Part shown: positions 53,889 to 64,000 of the stretch, one piece after another | Layout of the letters: every line of letters starts with the position of its first letter | How positions within the stretch are numbered: the stretch's first letter is position 1 | Assembly: GCF_964204645.1 (NCBI RefSeq) | Contig: NC_134036.1 | Span: 9,961,859 to 10,025,858 of the forward strand | DNA: 64,000 nucleotides | Direction: 5' to 3' | Origin: Tubulanus polymorphus | Lineage: Eukaryota > Animalia > Nemertea | Made by a program: the position numbers and the translations under genes | Notes under the pieces: model-generated | The model's database searches: none | What the model was told of the DNA's origin: nothing | The model's input: only the letters and a program-made list of their open reading frames with translations

Positions 53889-54869
53889 ATAAAAAATAAA
53901 AATAATGAATATCTAGAATCCAAAATGACCTTAGTCGTTTTACGAACAACTACAATCATACAGTCAAACATCTGTTACATGTTATTATAAGAGAGTGCTT
54001 CATTTGAATATTGATCAATCAAACAGGTGTTGCACAACGTTGTTGTCATATTGGATAGCTAGCAGTTATATAATAAGCACGCAGTACATACAACACACAC
54101 AGGATACCTTCTCTCTCTCGTGATTAAAAGGAATATTTCAGTGTTTTTGAGGTAAGTTTTAGCAAAATTGCCCTATCCTCGACCTACAGAGTTTTCAGGG
54201 GATAAGCATCCAATTATTGAAAGGCGCCACGGGACGCTTATCCCCCGTCATTTCTACTTACACCCCCGCGACCCACGTCAACCGGGATCTCCTTCAATGA
54301 TTGGCAGAATTCACAGTATATTAAAGGCGCCTAATGTAATTTCTACCAATATCGAAATTCGAAACCGAAGGAGAAACCCGGAGAGTGGACGAAGGTGCAT
54401 TTTCAAAATGCCTCTGCTGGCCAGAGCTACTCCAGTGTTGGAATGAATTGCCTTATATACTTAGCTAAAACACCTAAGTAAATGTTGTTGGTGCTAAAAA
54501 AATATGTGAAATTTGAAATTATAAATTATTCCGAATGAAAAGAATATAAGAATGAAAACTGATAAATGAATTATGGATTTTTAACTTAATTATGATATAA
54601 TTTTTAATCACTATGTTAATTGATTAACAAATTCAAATATTCATTTTAGCATCACACCCATCTTTCAATTTAAGAAAAAACTAATAATAAGAAACGACTG
54701 TAATACAATATTCAAGTAAAAACAAAATAAATTAATAAACATAATGAATATCTAGAATCCGAAATGACTTATCTGGACAATTTAATTGCTCCGCATAGAT
54801 AGACAAAAGTAGTGAGATATTCAATTAATTAAAAAAAAAATTATTTTTTTTTGCTTTCTTTCTAAAATA

Positions 54870-55226
54870 TTAATCCATTTTTTTTATTGTCAATTTTGGA
54901 ATTTCATAATTATTTTCATTTTTGATAGCAGTTGTTTCAGAATTATTAATATCATGAATTTTATTTGATTTCTTATACCAATTACACCCAATCAAAATGA
55001 ATACAATTACAAATCCAACCGTAAAATATAGACATTTATCAAATATTCTATTATCAGAAGGAGTAGAAATAACAATATTTTGACAATTTTTATCACTTCT
55101 TTTTTCTTTTACAGCTTTTTTATATTCTTGTGATTTAATTCCTAATTGTCGAGACCATTCAATTTGTTTCTGTGATCTCGGTTTTTTCTTCACAGTTAAT
55201 TCCTTCACTTCTTCCACCTTGTTCAT
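54870..55226 (-). CDS. Hypothetical viral protein with basic N-terminus and one TM helix
   Basis: 118-aa ORF; TAAATG start; hydrophobic LYFTVGFVIVFILIGC. Confidence 0.65.
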   Translation of the reverse strand: MNKVEEVKELTVKKKPRSQKQIEWSRQLGIKSQEYKKAVKEKRSDKNCQNIVISTPSDNRIFDKCLYFTVGFVIVFILIGCNWYKKSNKIHDINNSETTAIKNENNYEIPKLTIKKMD

Positions 55227-55772
55227 TTATTATGGAAATATTTTTACTTTCAATATTTGAAAATGTTATAACTCCAGTTGATAATAATGTCATAAATCCA
55301 CCTAATTGAAATGATAAATATCCAATCCATTTATTTAATTCAGTCATAACTAAATAGTCATTTTTTAAATCGGAATATAATCTATTTTCATCTTGAATTG
55401 GTAGTATATAATTACATAATTTACTATAACCTTTTACTACATTTTCTGATATCGCGTCATTAATTCTAGCTGTTCTCGCGGCTTCATAAATCTTAAATAA
55501 TCTAATAATTTCATCTGATTTCATTGTATCTAATTCATTAGTTAAATTCAAGTTAAATTTTTACCGACAAAATTTTTACATTTTCCAGATGCTATTAATA
55601 TTTCTAATTGATGTTTACAATAAAGATAATATTCATAATTATTATTTGTTGTAACATTATTTAAAGCACCATCATCTGGAATTAATTGGTTTTCTGTTAT
55701 TCCTAAATCATCTAAAGTTTTTTCAATTGGAACATCACCATTTTTAGATTTTATTTTCTTTTCACCTCCGAT
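55159..55772 (-). pseudogene. Hypothetical viral protein with lost start codon
   Basis: tatataaATC-GGA at 55772 (apparent ATG>ATC); break near 55550; continues as ORF 55159-55551. Confidence 0.55.
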
Positions 55773-55802
55773 TTATATAACAAATAAATTAGTTGTGATG
55801 TT

Positions 55803-56075
55803 GCAACTAGAATTCAACTAGAATGTAACTAGAATTCAACTAGATTAACAAGCTAGTTGAAATATTGTTGTTTTTGTTTATTTCTTCTTAAATCTAGTTG
55901 ATTTTTGGTCCAACTACTAATAACTAGAATTCAACTAGAATGTAACTAGAATTAAACTAGATTAACAAGCTAGTTATAATATTGTTAAATCTAGTTGATT
56001 TTTGTTACAACTACCAATAACTAGAATTCAACTAGAATGTAACTAGAATTCAATTAGATTAACAAGCTAGTTGAA
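55803..56075. repeat. Three copies of an ~55-bp block built from 11-bp aactagaat(tc/gt) units
   Basis: aactagaattcaactagaatgtaactagaatt..actagattaacaagctagtt at ~55805, 55922 and 56019. Confidence 0.88.
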
Positions 56076-56076
56076 T

Positions 56077-56685
56077 TTAAATAAATTCATATTTAAATGG
56101 GTGTTGTAATCTAATTAGTAATTTTGATCTTTTAATATTTTTCAACTTATCCATATATTCATTATGTAAATCATGTGGAATAATATCATTTTCCTCAAGT
56201 GCATTTTTCATCGATTTTCTATCTTTATTGTAGAATAAAACTAGAAATCTTATATTCTCCCTAAAATCTTTAACAATTGAATTATATTTTTGATTTAAAA
56301 CCCAAGTTGTTATCCCAAAATGTCTGCCAGAAAAAGCTAAATAACATAACTCACTTTCTCTAACTTTTGAATCATGTAAATTAGCACAATCATCTATAAT
56401 GAATAATGTATTTGATCCTTTATAAATATCAATTGCTATTTTTATACAATTATCTAAATTTTCTTTTACTGTTTTAGGATCTAATATAATAAATTTATTA
56501 TTTCTAGTAATATTTCTATCATAAGTTTGATTAAATTCATATGTTGGGCAAAATAATACTATATTATCAAAATAGTTTTCATAAACAGTTTCTAATAAAT
56601 TTAATATAAAATAAGTTTTTCCACAATTTGTAACGCCAGAAATTAACATATTATGAGGCTCAAATATAAATAATTCCTTATTCAT
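56077..56685 (-). CDS. A32/FtsK-like DNA packaging ATPase
   Basis: Walker A LISGVTNCGKT, Walker B FIIDD, GRHFGIT..LNQ motif. Confidence 0.92.
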   Translation of the reverse strand: MNKELFIFEPHNMLISGVTNCGKTYFILNLLETVYENYFDNIVLFCPTYEFNQTYDRNITRNNKFIILDPKTVKENLDNCIKIAIDIYKGSNTLFIIDDCANLHDSKVRESELCYLAFSGRHFGITTWVLNQKYNSIVKDFRENIRFLVLFYNKDRKSMKNALEENDIIPHDLHNEYMDKLKNIKRSKLLIRLQHPFKYEFI

Positions 56686-57817
56686 TTATATATTTTTAAT
56701 TTTACTTGATAATATCCATTCATTGAATTTATCTGGCCATCCAACCCATTTTACTAAAGAATATTTTTTTCTTTTAATAGTTTTTGTTTTTAATACTTTT
56801 TCAATTTTATATTCTTGTTCTAGATTTTCAGTAGTTAAACTTAATTCTTCTTCATAAAAGTAGCCATCAACTTCTTCACCATCTAAATCTTCTAATTTAT
56901 AGACATATGGTTTTGTTGTTATTACCTTTTTTATTTTATATATTTCTCTAGTAAAATTTCGATCGTATCCTTTGTTAATCTTTATATCTTTTTATACTTA
57001 GAAATTCTAACATTTTGACCAACTTTAAATTTAGGTTCACCAAAATCATCTACAAGAAATGCTCCATATAAATTATTCCAAACAATTTCAGCATTTTCAG
57101 GTTTTCTAGCATCAATAGGTTTCATTCCAATAGAAGAATGATAAGAATTATTATATCCTTCTATCAATTTTGGTAAAACATCAATCCATTTAAAAGTATT
57201 ATTTGCTGTAAAATATTTCCACATTCTTGTTCTTAATGTTCTATTAAATCGTTCAACAACTGCAGCTTTTTATCCGATTTTGTTGAAAAATATTTAATAT
57301 TATGATTATCTAAGAGTTCATGAACAAGTGAATTATCAAACTCTTTTCCATCATCAAATTGTATTTTTTCTGGTTTTACTTTATCATCCGAAAGAAATTT
57401 TCTTAAAACATTTGATGTTTGTACAGCATCTTTTCTATAAAGTGGGAAACTCCATACATAACGACTAAAAATATCAATTATATTCAATAACCACCAATAA
57501 TCATCATTATCTTTCTTAACATTTTTCATATCAATTAAATCTCCTTGCCACTGTTGATCTACATAACTTACCATAGTTTTACGAGTTTTATATTTTCTAA
57601 CAATTTTTTTATGTGTTGTATATGTTGGTTGTTCTAACATAAATTCATTTATATCTTTATATTTAACTAAATTTTGTGGGATTATCTTATCTAATTTATC
57701 TTGTTTTACTTTACTCCATATATTTTTGGTAGAAGAATAAGCAACCGAACTCTCAGGGTTGTAATATAAATTTCTTAAATATTGTTCTTTAGTATTAGGA
57801 GTTTTTTTACCACCCAT
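56686..57817 (-). pseudogene. Retroviral-like (rve) integrase with C-terminal chromodomain; frameshifted
   Basis: WQGDLIDM, IDIFSRYVW, QFDDGKEF, VVERFNRTLR, YNNSYHSSIGMKP, VKWVGWPDKFNEWI; frameshifts at ~57270 and ~56985. Confidence 0.9.
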
Positions 57818-57847
57818 TTATATATCCTTAATTTTTACTTTATATTT

Positions 57848-59096
57848 CTAATATTGAATACTATCTAATTGTGAATTTACAATATTTAATTGTGCATCAG
57901 ATATAATATAAATGTGCATTTTAAAATTTTTGTCTCCTCTTTTCTTTTTCATGAATAATTGTATTCCATCTTTAGTATTCTGTAGTTTTTCTTCCAGAAC
58001 CATGTAATGAATTATCCTCTGTTGTTCTAAAATCTAACCATAATGCATATTTATTGCCGGTATAATAATCAATTTGATTAATATTACAATTTTCAAATGA
58101 TTTAACTTTTTCATTCATAAAATGTTTTCTAATTTCTGGCCATTGATCAATCATTCTCATTCCTTGACAAAATATTTTATTTGCTATTCGTTCGATAGTT
58201 ATTTCTACTTTTGTTATTTCAGGATTATAATAATTATCAACATTTATTGCAGCATTAGTATATGTTGCAATGGTAAAGAATATTATTATACCTTTAATAG
58301 ATCTTCCTGGGAAGTTAATATTCTCATTAATTTTTTACATCATTTGCATTAATAGTTACAGTTTTAAATTTATCAATATAATCATATAATAATGAAAATC
58401 CTTGATTGTATTGAGTTTGAATTGTGCTAGCAATATTTTCATTAGTGACGGTTTTATATTCTAAACATATATTCGATAATTTATAACCCATATCTTTAAC
58501 AACGCTAGATAATACAATTTCATTAACAGGAGCAAATGTTATCTCAAATATAATATCTTCTTGAATTGCGTATTTATATAAAGGTGCATTGTTATTTATC
58601 AATTCAAAGTCTAATGGGATTTTATATTTGCTTCCATAAATCTTTTTAATCAAATTATCTGTGGCACGAGTTACTATTGCGTCATTACTTCCTGATCTTA
58701 ATTTATTATGGTTTTCGGATTGAATACCCTGAAATATCATATTATTTCTATTTTCTTTAGTTAACCATAAATCTTTATAATGCATAAATAAATTATAATC
58801 ATCTAATGAGAAAACTGTTTCTGGACCAATCTTTATAGTTAATTTTTCAATCAAATATCTTCCAACATTATCAACAACATAATTATTATTATTACCGATT
58901 ACTTTTATATCGGCTGATAAATAAATACTATTTGGAACGTAAAAAGTATTTTGTGTTAATCTAGGGATTCTAACATACAAGTTTCATCAGGATTAATATT
59001 AGAAGGGTTATGAGTAATTATATGATGTGATCTTTCTGCTTTAATAGCATTAGATATTCTAGAATTCTTAGAAGGACTTATATAACTCCCACTCAT
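57848..59096 (-). pseudogene. Polinton-type major capsid protein; frameshifted
   Basis: MSGSYISPSK...YVRIP...YKIPLDFE...LSNICLEY...KYALWLDFRTTEDNSLHGSGR...DAQLNI in several frames; position beside integrase and ATPase. Confidence 0.75.
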
Positions 59097-59130
59097 TTAT
59101 TTAACAAAAAAATTAGTTATTTATTTTTTA

Positions 59131-60570
59131 TTATTTTTTTTCTTGATATCTTTTTGATATCATATTCACTAACCCAAAAATAATAGCACCTACAACTGTA
59201 ATTAGAAATAAAATAATATGTTCAGCAGCAAAGTTAATAATGTTTCCTGCAGATTTCAATATAAAACCAACAATTGATGCAATAATTCCTGGCAATGCTG
59301 CAGCGGATTTTTTAGATAGTTCCCATAAATATTTTGCTAATTTCTTTAAACCATCTTTAACTTTATCTTGTATAGAATTATTATCTGGGGATTTATCTGG
59401 TTTATTTGGAGTAGGAGTAGATTTTAAAGCATTTGATATTGCTAAACCAATTGTTGTAAATAACATAGTTACAGCTGTTAGAATTGAAAGAATTGTTATT
59501 CCTTCAAATTTAAATGATAATTTTATTCTATCTTTCAATGATATTTTAGAATCTGGTTTTATTAGATATCGTTTAAAAACATCTTTTAATCTATTAATAT
59601 TATAATCATATGATTTTAACAATAATTTAATTTCTTCTTTCTGTACTTCTAAATTATCTTTTAAATTATTAATTTCTTTTTCTAATCGTAATTCTTTTTG
59701 CCTATATTCGATTTCATCAATTACTCGATGATCTAAATCAGACTTTAGTTTTTCTATTTCTTTATTTGCATTAGTTAATTTTTTTTCCAAATACATAATT
59801 TTTTGATCTCTTATACTTTTATTATGTGCAATTTTATCAGCTTTATTTCTTATACTAATAATTTCTCTAATTGCTTCATCAGAAAATATATCTAAATCTT
59901 CTAATTCTTGATCTGTTGCATCAAGTAATCCATTCGGTAAAAGTTTTTCAATTGAAACTTTATTTGATTTAAGTTTACTAGTTTTGGAAGTTATATTCTG
60001 TTCAGAAGTTGTTTCTGTTTCTGATTTCTTTTTGATTATTTCAAATAATTCATTAATTCTTTGTTTTAAATACGTCTATATTATCATCTATTTCTTTTTG
60101 TGTAACATCAGTTATTTCATTACTATTACTTATTCTTTTAATTTTATCTGGTTTTAAACTTTTCAAAGTTGATTCCGCTAATATTTTTTTATTATTTTTA
60201 GAAGTGATATCAATATAATAATCACCTTTCAAACGATAATAACATTTACCATTATCTAAAAATTTTAATTGATATGCTAAAAGTCCAACGTCTTCATTAT
60301 TTATGTTAAGTTTAGATTTTTCAATTAAATCTTCTAATTTAGGTATTAAATTATCTAAATCTTCTTTTACTAAACCTGGGTCTAAATTTTTTCAGGATTT
60401 AATTGTGATTCTGCATTTTTAATATAATCAGGCATATTTAAATTATTATTATATCCGTGCTCATTACCATCATTAAAACTTCTTTCATCAAAATCAGGTG
60501 GTTGTTCATCACTTATACCAGGTTCATCAAAAGGATCCATTCCAATATCTTCTCCACCTTCTACATCCAT
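59131..60570 (-). pseudogene. Acidic N-terminus / coiled-coil / multi-TM viral protein; frameshifted
   Basis: ORFs 60382-60570 and 59131-59796 with coding-like sequence between them; hydrophobic helices at the C-terminus. Confidence 0.6.
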
Positions 60571-60586
60571 TTATATAATAAAAAAA

Positions 60587-61971
60587 TTAAAATTTAAAAT
60601 ATAATATTCCTCCGATTACAATTCCTATACAAGTTAAAGCTAATTTAGTATTTTCATGGGATTTATTATCATCATTTAGTTTAATTATATCATGTTGAAT
60701 ATTATCAGTTTTTATATTTTCTGTAGTATTGTAATCTTTTATTTTGGAATCATTATCCAATTTAATATTCTTAGTTTTAGTTTCTGTTGATTGAATATGT
60801 TTTTTATTTTTTTCACCTTCCATTAATTTTGCAGCAGTAATTATCTTTTTATTTATATCATTTAATCCAAATGAATTATTTATTGTTGCTGTTTTAATTA
60901 GATTATTGTAACCAATTATGTTTCCCATCTTTAATACTAAATCATTAGAAATAATAAATAGATTAGGGCCGATACAATGATTTAATCTAATATGTGATTT
61001 ATCTAAATAATTTTGATATCTTACAATGTTTTCTGGAATCGATCTATTTTTATCATTATGAATGGATCTTCAAATAATACTTTAAATTGTTTCTGCGTAT
61101 CAAATGATGTATTTAAATTTCCAATTATTGTGGATCCTGTTTCAACTTGCGCACCTAAAATACATATCAAATAAGTTCTAATAGATTGATTTATTCTTTC
61201 TATACTTGATTTAGTAAAACCTTCACTATTTCTAAAATGAAATAAACCCAACCATTATTGTTTTCTTGTTACATTATCATAAAATGTCGGTAATTTATTG
61301 AAATTTAATGTTTCTAAATCCTTAGTTTCTATTTTACCATAACCTAATTTATTATTATAGATATTATAAAGACTATTAGATGGTATGGGAAGTGCACAAT
61401 ATTCTGCAATCTTTTTAGGGCAAGGAAGTGATCTTATTGTTCCAATTTTCGTTCTAAAATCAGAATTATTTATATCTATATTAAATTCATTACAAATTTT
61501 ATAAAACTTTGACAAATTAATATTATTATCTAATTCTTTAAAATACCTAGATCCTGGTAAAGGACACTCTAATTCATTTAATATTAATCTTATTTGAAAG
61601 TATGTATGAAATCTAAATAAACTTTGAATTAACTTATATTTAGAATTATTCAAATGATTATTCCAACTAATTCCACAACCTGTTGTTGCACAATAAACAG
61701 CTAAATTTAATTGGTTCTGCCAATACTTCATATTAGATTTTAATAACCATTGTTTTTCATCTTTCAATTTTTTAAAATCAATTAAATATACATGAAATAT
61801 ATTTTCCATCTTTGCATTGAAATTATAAGTTTCAGTAACATAGATTTCTAAATTAGTTAATGAATCTAAAACTTCATTTCTATATGTAATATCTTTATTA
61901 AAATCTATTGCTGGAATATTATATTTAATTGATTTATTATATTGGAAAGCTTTTGGAAAACTATCTACCAT
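60587..61971 (-). pseudogene. Polinton-like virus protein of unknown function with C-terminal TM helix; fragmented
   Basis: ORFs 61255-61971, 61021-61251 and 60587-60928 are colinear; only the first has the TAAATG start; motif WQNQLNLAVYCATTGCGIS. Confidence 0.6.
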
Positions 61972-61987
61972 TTATATAATTCAAAAA

Positions 61988-62422
61988 TTAATAATTTATT
62001 AATTCTTTTAATAATTTATCTTGTTCTTCAACTGTTATATGGCCATTTAAACTTATTATATAATCTAGTGTGTTCTTTAATTTATTAATTTCTTTTATAT
62101 TAGTTTTAATTTTTTCTTTATTACTTTTTATATTTAATTTTGAACTTATACCAGTTAAAACACTTGAGCTTAATCCTAATACGCCAATTGATATAGCTAA
62201 AAGTGTTAATGGGCTGAATATTGCTAAAAATGTTATTACAGAACTAATTGTAACCGAACCACTTATAGTCAAATAATATATAATTTTACTTTTTAAATAT
62301 TTTTTCTTTTTTATCTTTAAGTCATTTTCAAATTCTAATATTTGTTTTTCTAAATATGTTTTTAATTTAGTTTTATTTATATCATGAGTAATAATATCAA
62401 TATTATCAACTTTATCTTCCAT
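61988..62422 (-). CDS. Viral membrane protein (two TM helices flanked by coiled coils)
   Basis: 144-aa ORF; TAAATG start. Confidence 0.7.
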   Translation of the reverse strand: MEDKVDNIDIITHDINKTKLKTYLEKQILEFENDLKIKKKKYLKSKIIYYLTISGSVTISSVITFLAIFSPLTLLAISIGVLGLSSSVLTGISSKLNIKSNKEKIKTNIKEINKLKNTLDYIISLNGHITVEEQDKLLKELINY

Positions 62423-62441
62423 TTATTTAGAAAAAAAATTA

Positions 62442-62864
62442 CTAATTAGTAAATTTATATGCTACAAATATAGCAATCACTGTTCCACCTAAAATCCATA
62501 TTATTTCATATTTCTGTTGTTCTTTACTTGGGGTATAATAATCTGATAATTTAGGTTTGTATAGATGTAATTTTTCTTTATTGGTTACTGCGTTATATAT
62601 ACTCATTGCATCATCAACTGATAGAAAATCGCTATGTGAAATATTCTGATCAATTAATTCTTTATTGATGTTATCCATATAGTTTTGTCTCTTTTCTCTA
62701 TATTCTTCTGCAGCTTTATCATATTTCTCTAATGCTAAGTTATGTCTTTTTTGTTCTGTTAATGATCCATTTTTATCAATATGTTTAAATAAATAACCAC
62801 CACCAGCAAATGCAAAAGCGTTGACAATTGCCGATCCTATAATAGTTATAATTGCAGAAGCCAT
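62442..62864 (-). CDS. Small viral protein with hydrophobic N- and C-termini
   Basis: 140-aa ORF MASAIITIIGSAIVNAFAF...KRHNLALEKY; TAAATG start. Confidence 0.7.
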   Translation of the reverse strand: MASAIITIIGSAIVNAFAFAGGGYLFKHIDKNGSLTEQKRHNLALEKYDKAAEEYREKRQNYMDNINKELIDQNISHSDFLSVDDAMSIYNAVTNKEKLHLYKPKLSDYYTPSKEQQKYEIIWILGGTVIAIFVAYKFTN

Positions 62865-62888
62865 TTATTTAGCAAAAAAATTATGCAT

Positions 62889-63099
62889 TTATATGGGAGG
62901 AATATATTTTTGTTTTTCCAAATAATCAATAGGTAAATTAGATAAAGTAACTGCTAACGTTATTTTTAAAATATCATTTATATCAAATCTATCAACATTA
63001 ACACTTCCCATTTTAAATACTTTTTTTGATACCAGTGAATAACCAACAGTTCCAACTGATAGTAATGCGCCATTATATAATCCAGTTATTATCACTCAT
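62889..63099 (-). pseudogene. Small hydrophobic viral protein; frameshift just after the ATG
   Basis: TAAATG start at 63099 is out of frame with ORF 62889-63095. Confidence 0.55.
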
Positions 63100-63240
63100 T
63101 TATTTATCAAAAAAATTACTATCATCAAAATATTTAGTTAACTTATTTATGATTATTTCAACATTTATTTCATTACTAGTTTCATTTGTATATATTTCAA
63201 TTATTATTTTTTTAATATCATCGATGATAAAATCTTCATC

Positions 63241-63456
63241 TTATTCATAAAATCTTAAAGATTCTCTTATTAAATTAGTAATCTTTTTTACATTTAAAGT
63301 TTCTTTATCTATTGTTGTTTCATACTCGAATGTTGTTTCATTAGAAAATGCAATATTTTTGATACGTGTGATTATATCATTAACGTTAAATTTCATTTCT
63401 TTCTCACGTTTGAAATCAAACCCAAAACATATACTCGGTCCAACAGTTATATTCAT
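63241..63456 (-). CDS. Small hypothetical viral protein
   Basis: 71-aa ORF; TAAATG start. Confidence 0.5.
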   Translation of the reverse strand: MNITVGPSICFGFDFKREKEMKFNVNDIITRIKNIAFSNETTFEYETTIDKETLNVKKITNLIRESLRFYE

Positions 63457-63472
63457 TTATATAATGAAAAAA

Positions 63473-64000
63473 TTACTCTTTACATCTTATAATTAATTCA
63501 TATATCACAGGAAAGTTATTCAAATCAATTAAATAACCATTATGATTTCTTATTTCTAATTTAAAATTATTAAATTTAGGAATGCAAGGTTTAAAATCAC
63601 ATTCAGCTAAATTATAATTTATTTGCGTTCCAAATTGTTTAACATTCTTTAATGGTAAAATGTTTAATATACTAGAATTACAAGTTATATCTTTAGTTGC
63701 TTCAAATTTTTTTGTTGGGTCAATTAAATTGCAATAAATATAAAAATGTGTAAAAGGTATTAAGCTTGATCTACCGTATATGTTTTCTCTAATATCTTTA
63801 TCTGGAGGAATTCCTAACAGTTTAGCTATAGGTTTTTTTCACCATGTAAAGATATCTTTCTATTGTATGTTGATAAAGTTTAAAATAATCATTATCAAAC
63901 TTTATTTTAATTTTATTAGAGCTCTCACTTTTTATGAATTTAATATTAAATTTAGAATCACTACCTAATCTAATGCGAGCTTTTCTATTAATTTCTTGCT
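63473..64000 (-). pseudogene. Minor capsid (penton-like) protein, C-terminal part
   Basis: Manual translation: IAKLLGIPP...HFYIYCNLID...ILNILPL...FKLEIRNHNGYLIDLNNFPVIYELII; frameshift in the T-run at ~63833-63839. Confidence 0.7.

Larger units (their letters stand above)
55226..63480 (-). promoter_or_regulatory. Recurring gene-start signal (A)ATTTTTT-N(1-5)-TA(A/T)ATAAATG
   Basis: TAAATG overlaps the start codon at 63456, 63099, 62864, 62422, 61971, 60570, 59096, 57817, 56685 and 55226 (minus) and 53563 (plus); a mutated copy sits at 55772. Confidence 0.8.
53540..64000 (-). mobile_element. Endogenous Polinton/Maverick-like virus, partial and decaying
   Basis: Shift to very AT-rich, intronless, densely packed genes: A32-like ATPase, rve integrase, major and minor capsid. 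Continues past the right edge; left boundary uncertain; pPolB and protease not in window. Confidence 0.88.

Noticed and set aside
54808-54813. AGTAGT as a Polinton terminus
   Set aside because: Single hexamer with no partner TIR or TSD visible, and virus-like sequence continues to its left
59240-62276. Plus-strand ORFs 59240-59605 and 62070-62276
   Set aside because: Antisense shadows of minus-strand viral genes; they lack the TAAATG start

Overview
AT-rich eukaryotic (animal, probably invertebrate; inferred) genomic DNA made almost entirely of nested mobile elements. I found no ordinary housekeeping gene. (1) <1-16962, minus: a spliced gene with a KMT5A/PR-Set7-type SET domain, then ~10 kb of coding 51-bp minisatellite (17-aa Cys-rich repeat with higher-order periods and six lesions), then the Zn-finger/helical region typical of SET-associated tyrosine-recombinase (Crypton-like) elements, running off the left edge. 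The element may end at the (TA)n tract near 35 kb. (2) 21552-33564: a fully bounded 12,013-bp Mutator-like (MULE) transposon with 44-bp TIRs and a perfect 9-bp TSD. Its gene model joins SGNH esterase, C2H2, Ulp1-like protease, GATA finger, DDE transposase, SWIM, C2H2 and PHD domains. (3) ~37.7-44.7 kb: a decayed Transib/Chapaev (RAG1-like) transposase split by an EnSpm/CACTA deletion derivative (38077-43756), which itself holds a Helentron-type repeat. (4) 46-53.5 kb: relics of a second recombinase-type gene, another EnSpm and a BEL/Pao pol. (5) ~53.5-64 kb: a decaying endogenous Polinton/Maverick-like virus (packaging ATPase, integrase-chromodomain, major and minor capsid, membrane proteins). 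Essentially every gene in it starts at T-tract...TAAATG, resembling poxvirus transcription signals. Family assignments come from motif recognition by eye, not database searches.
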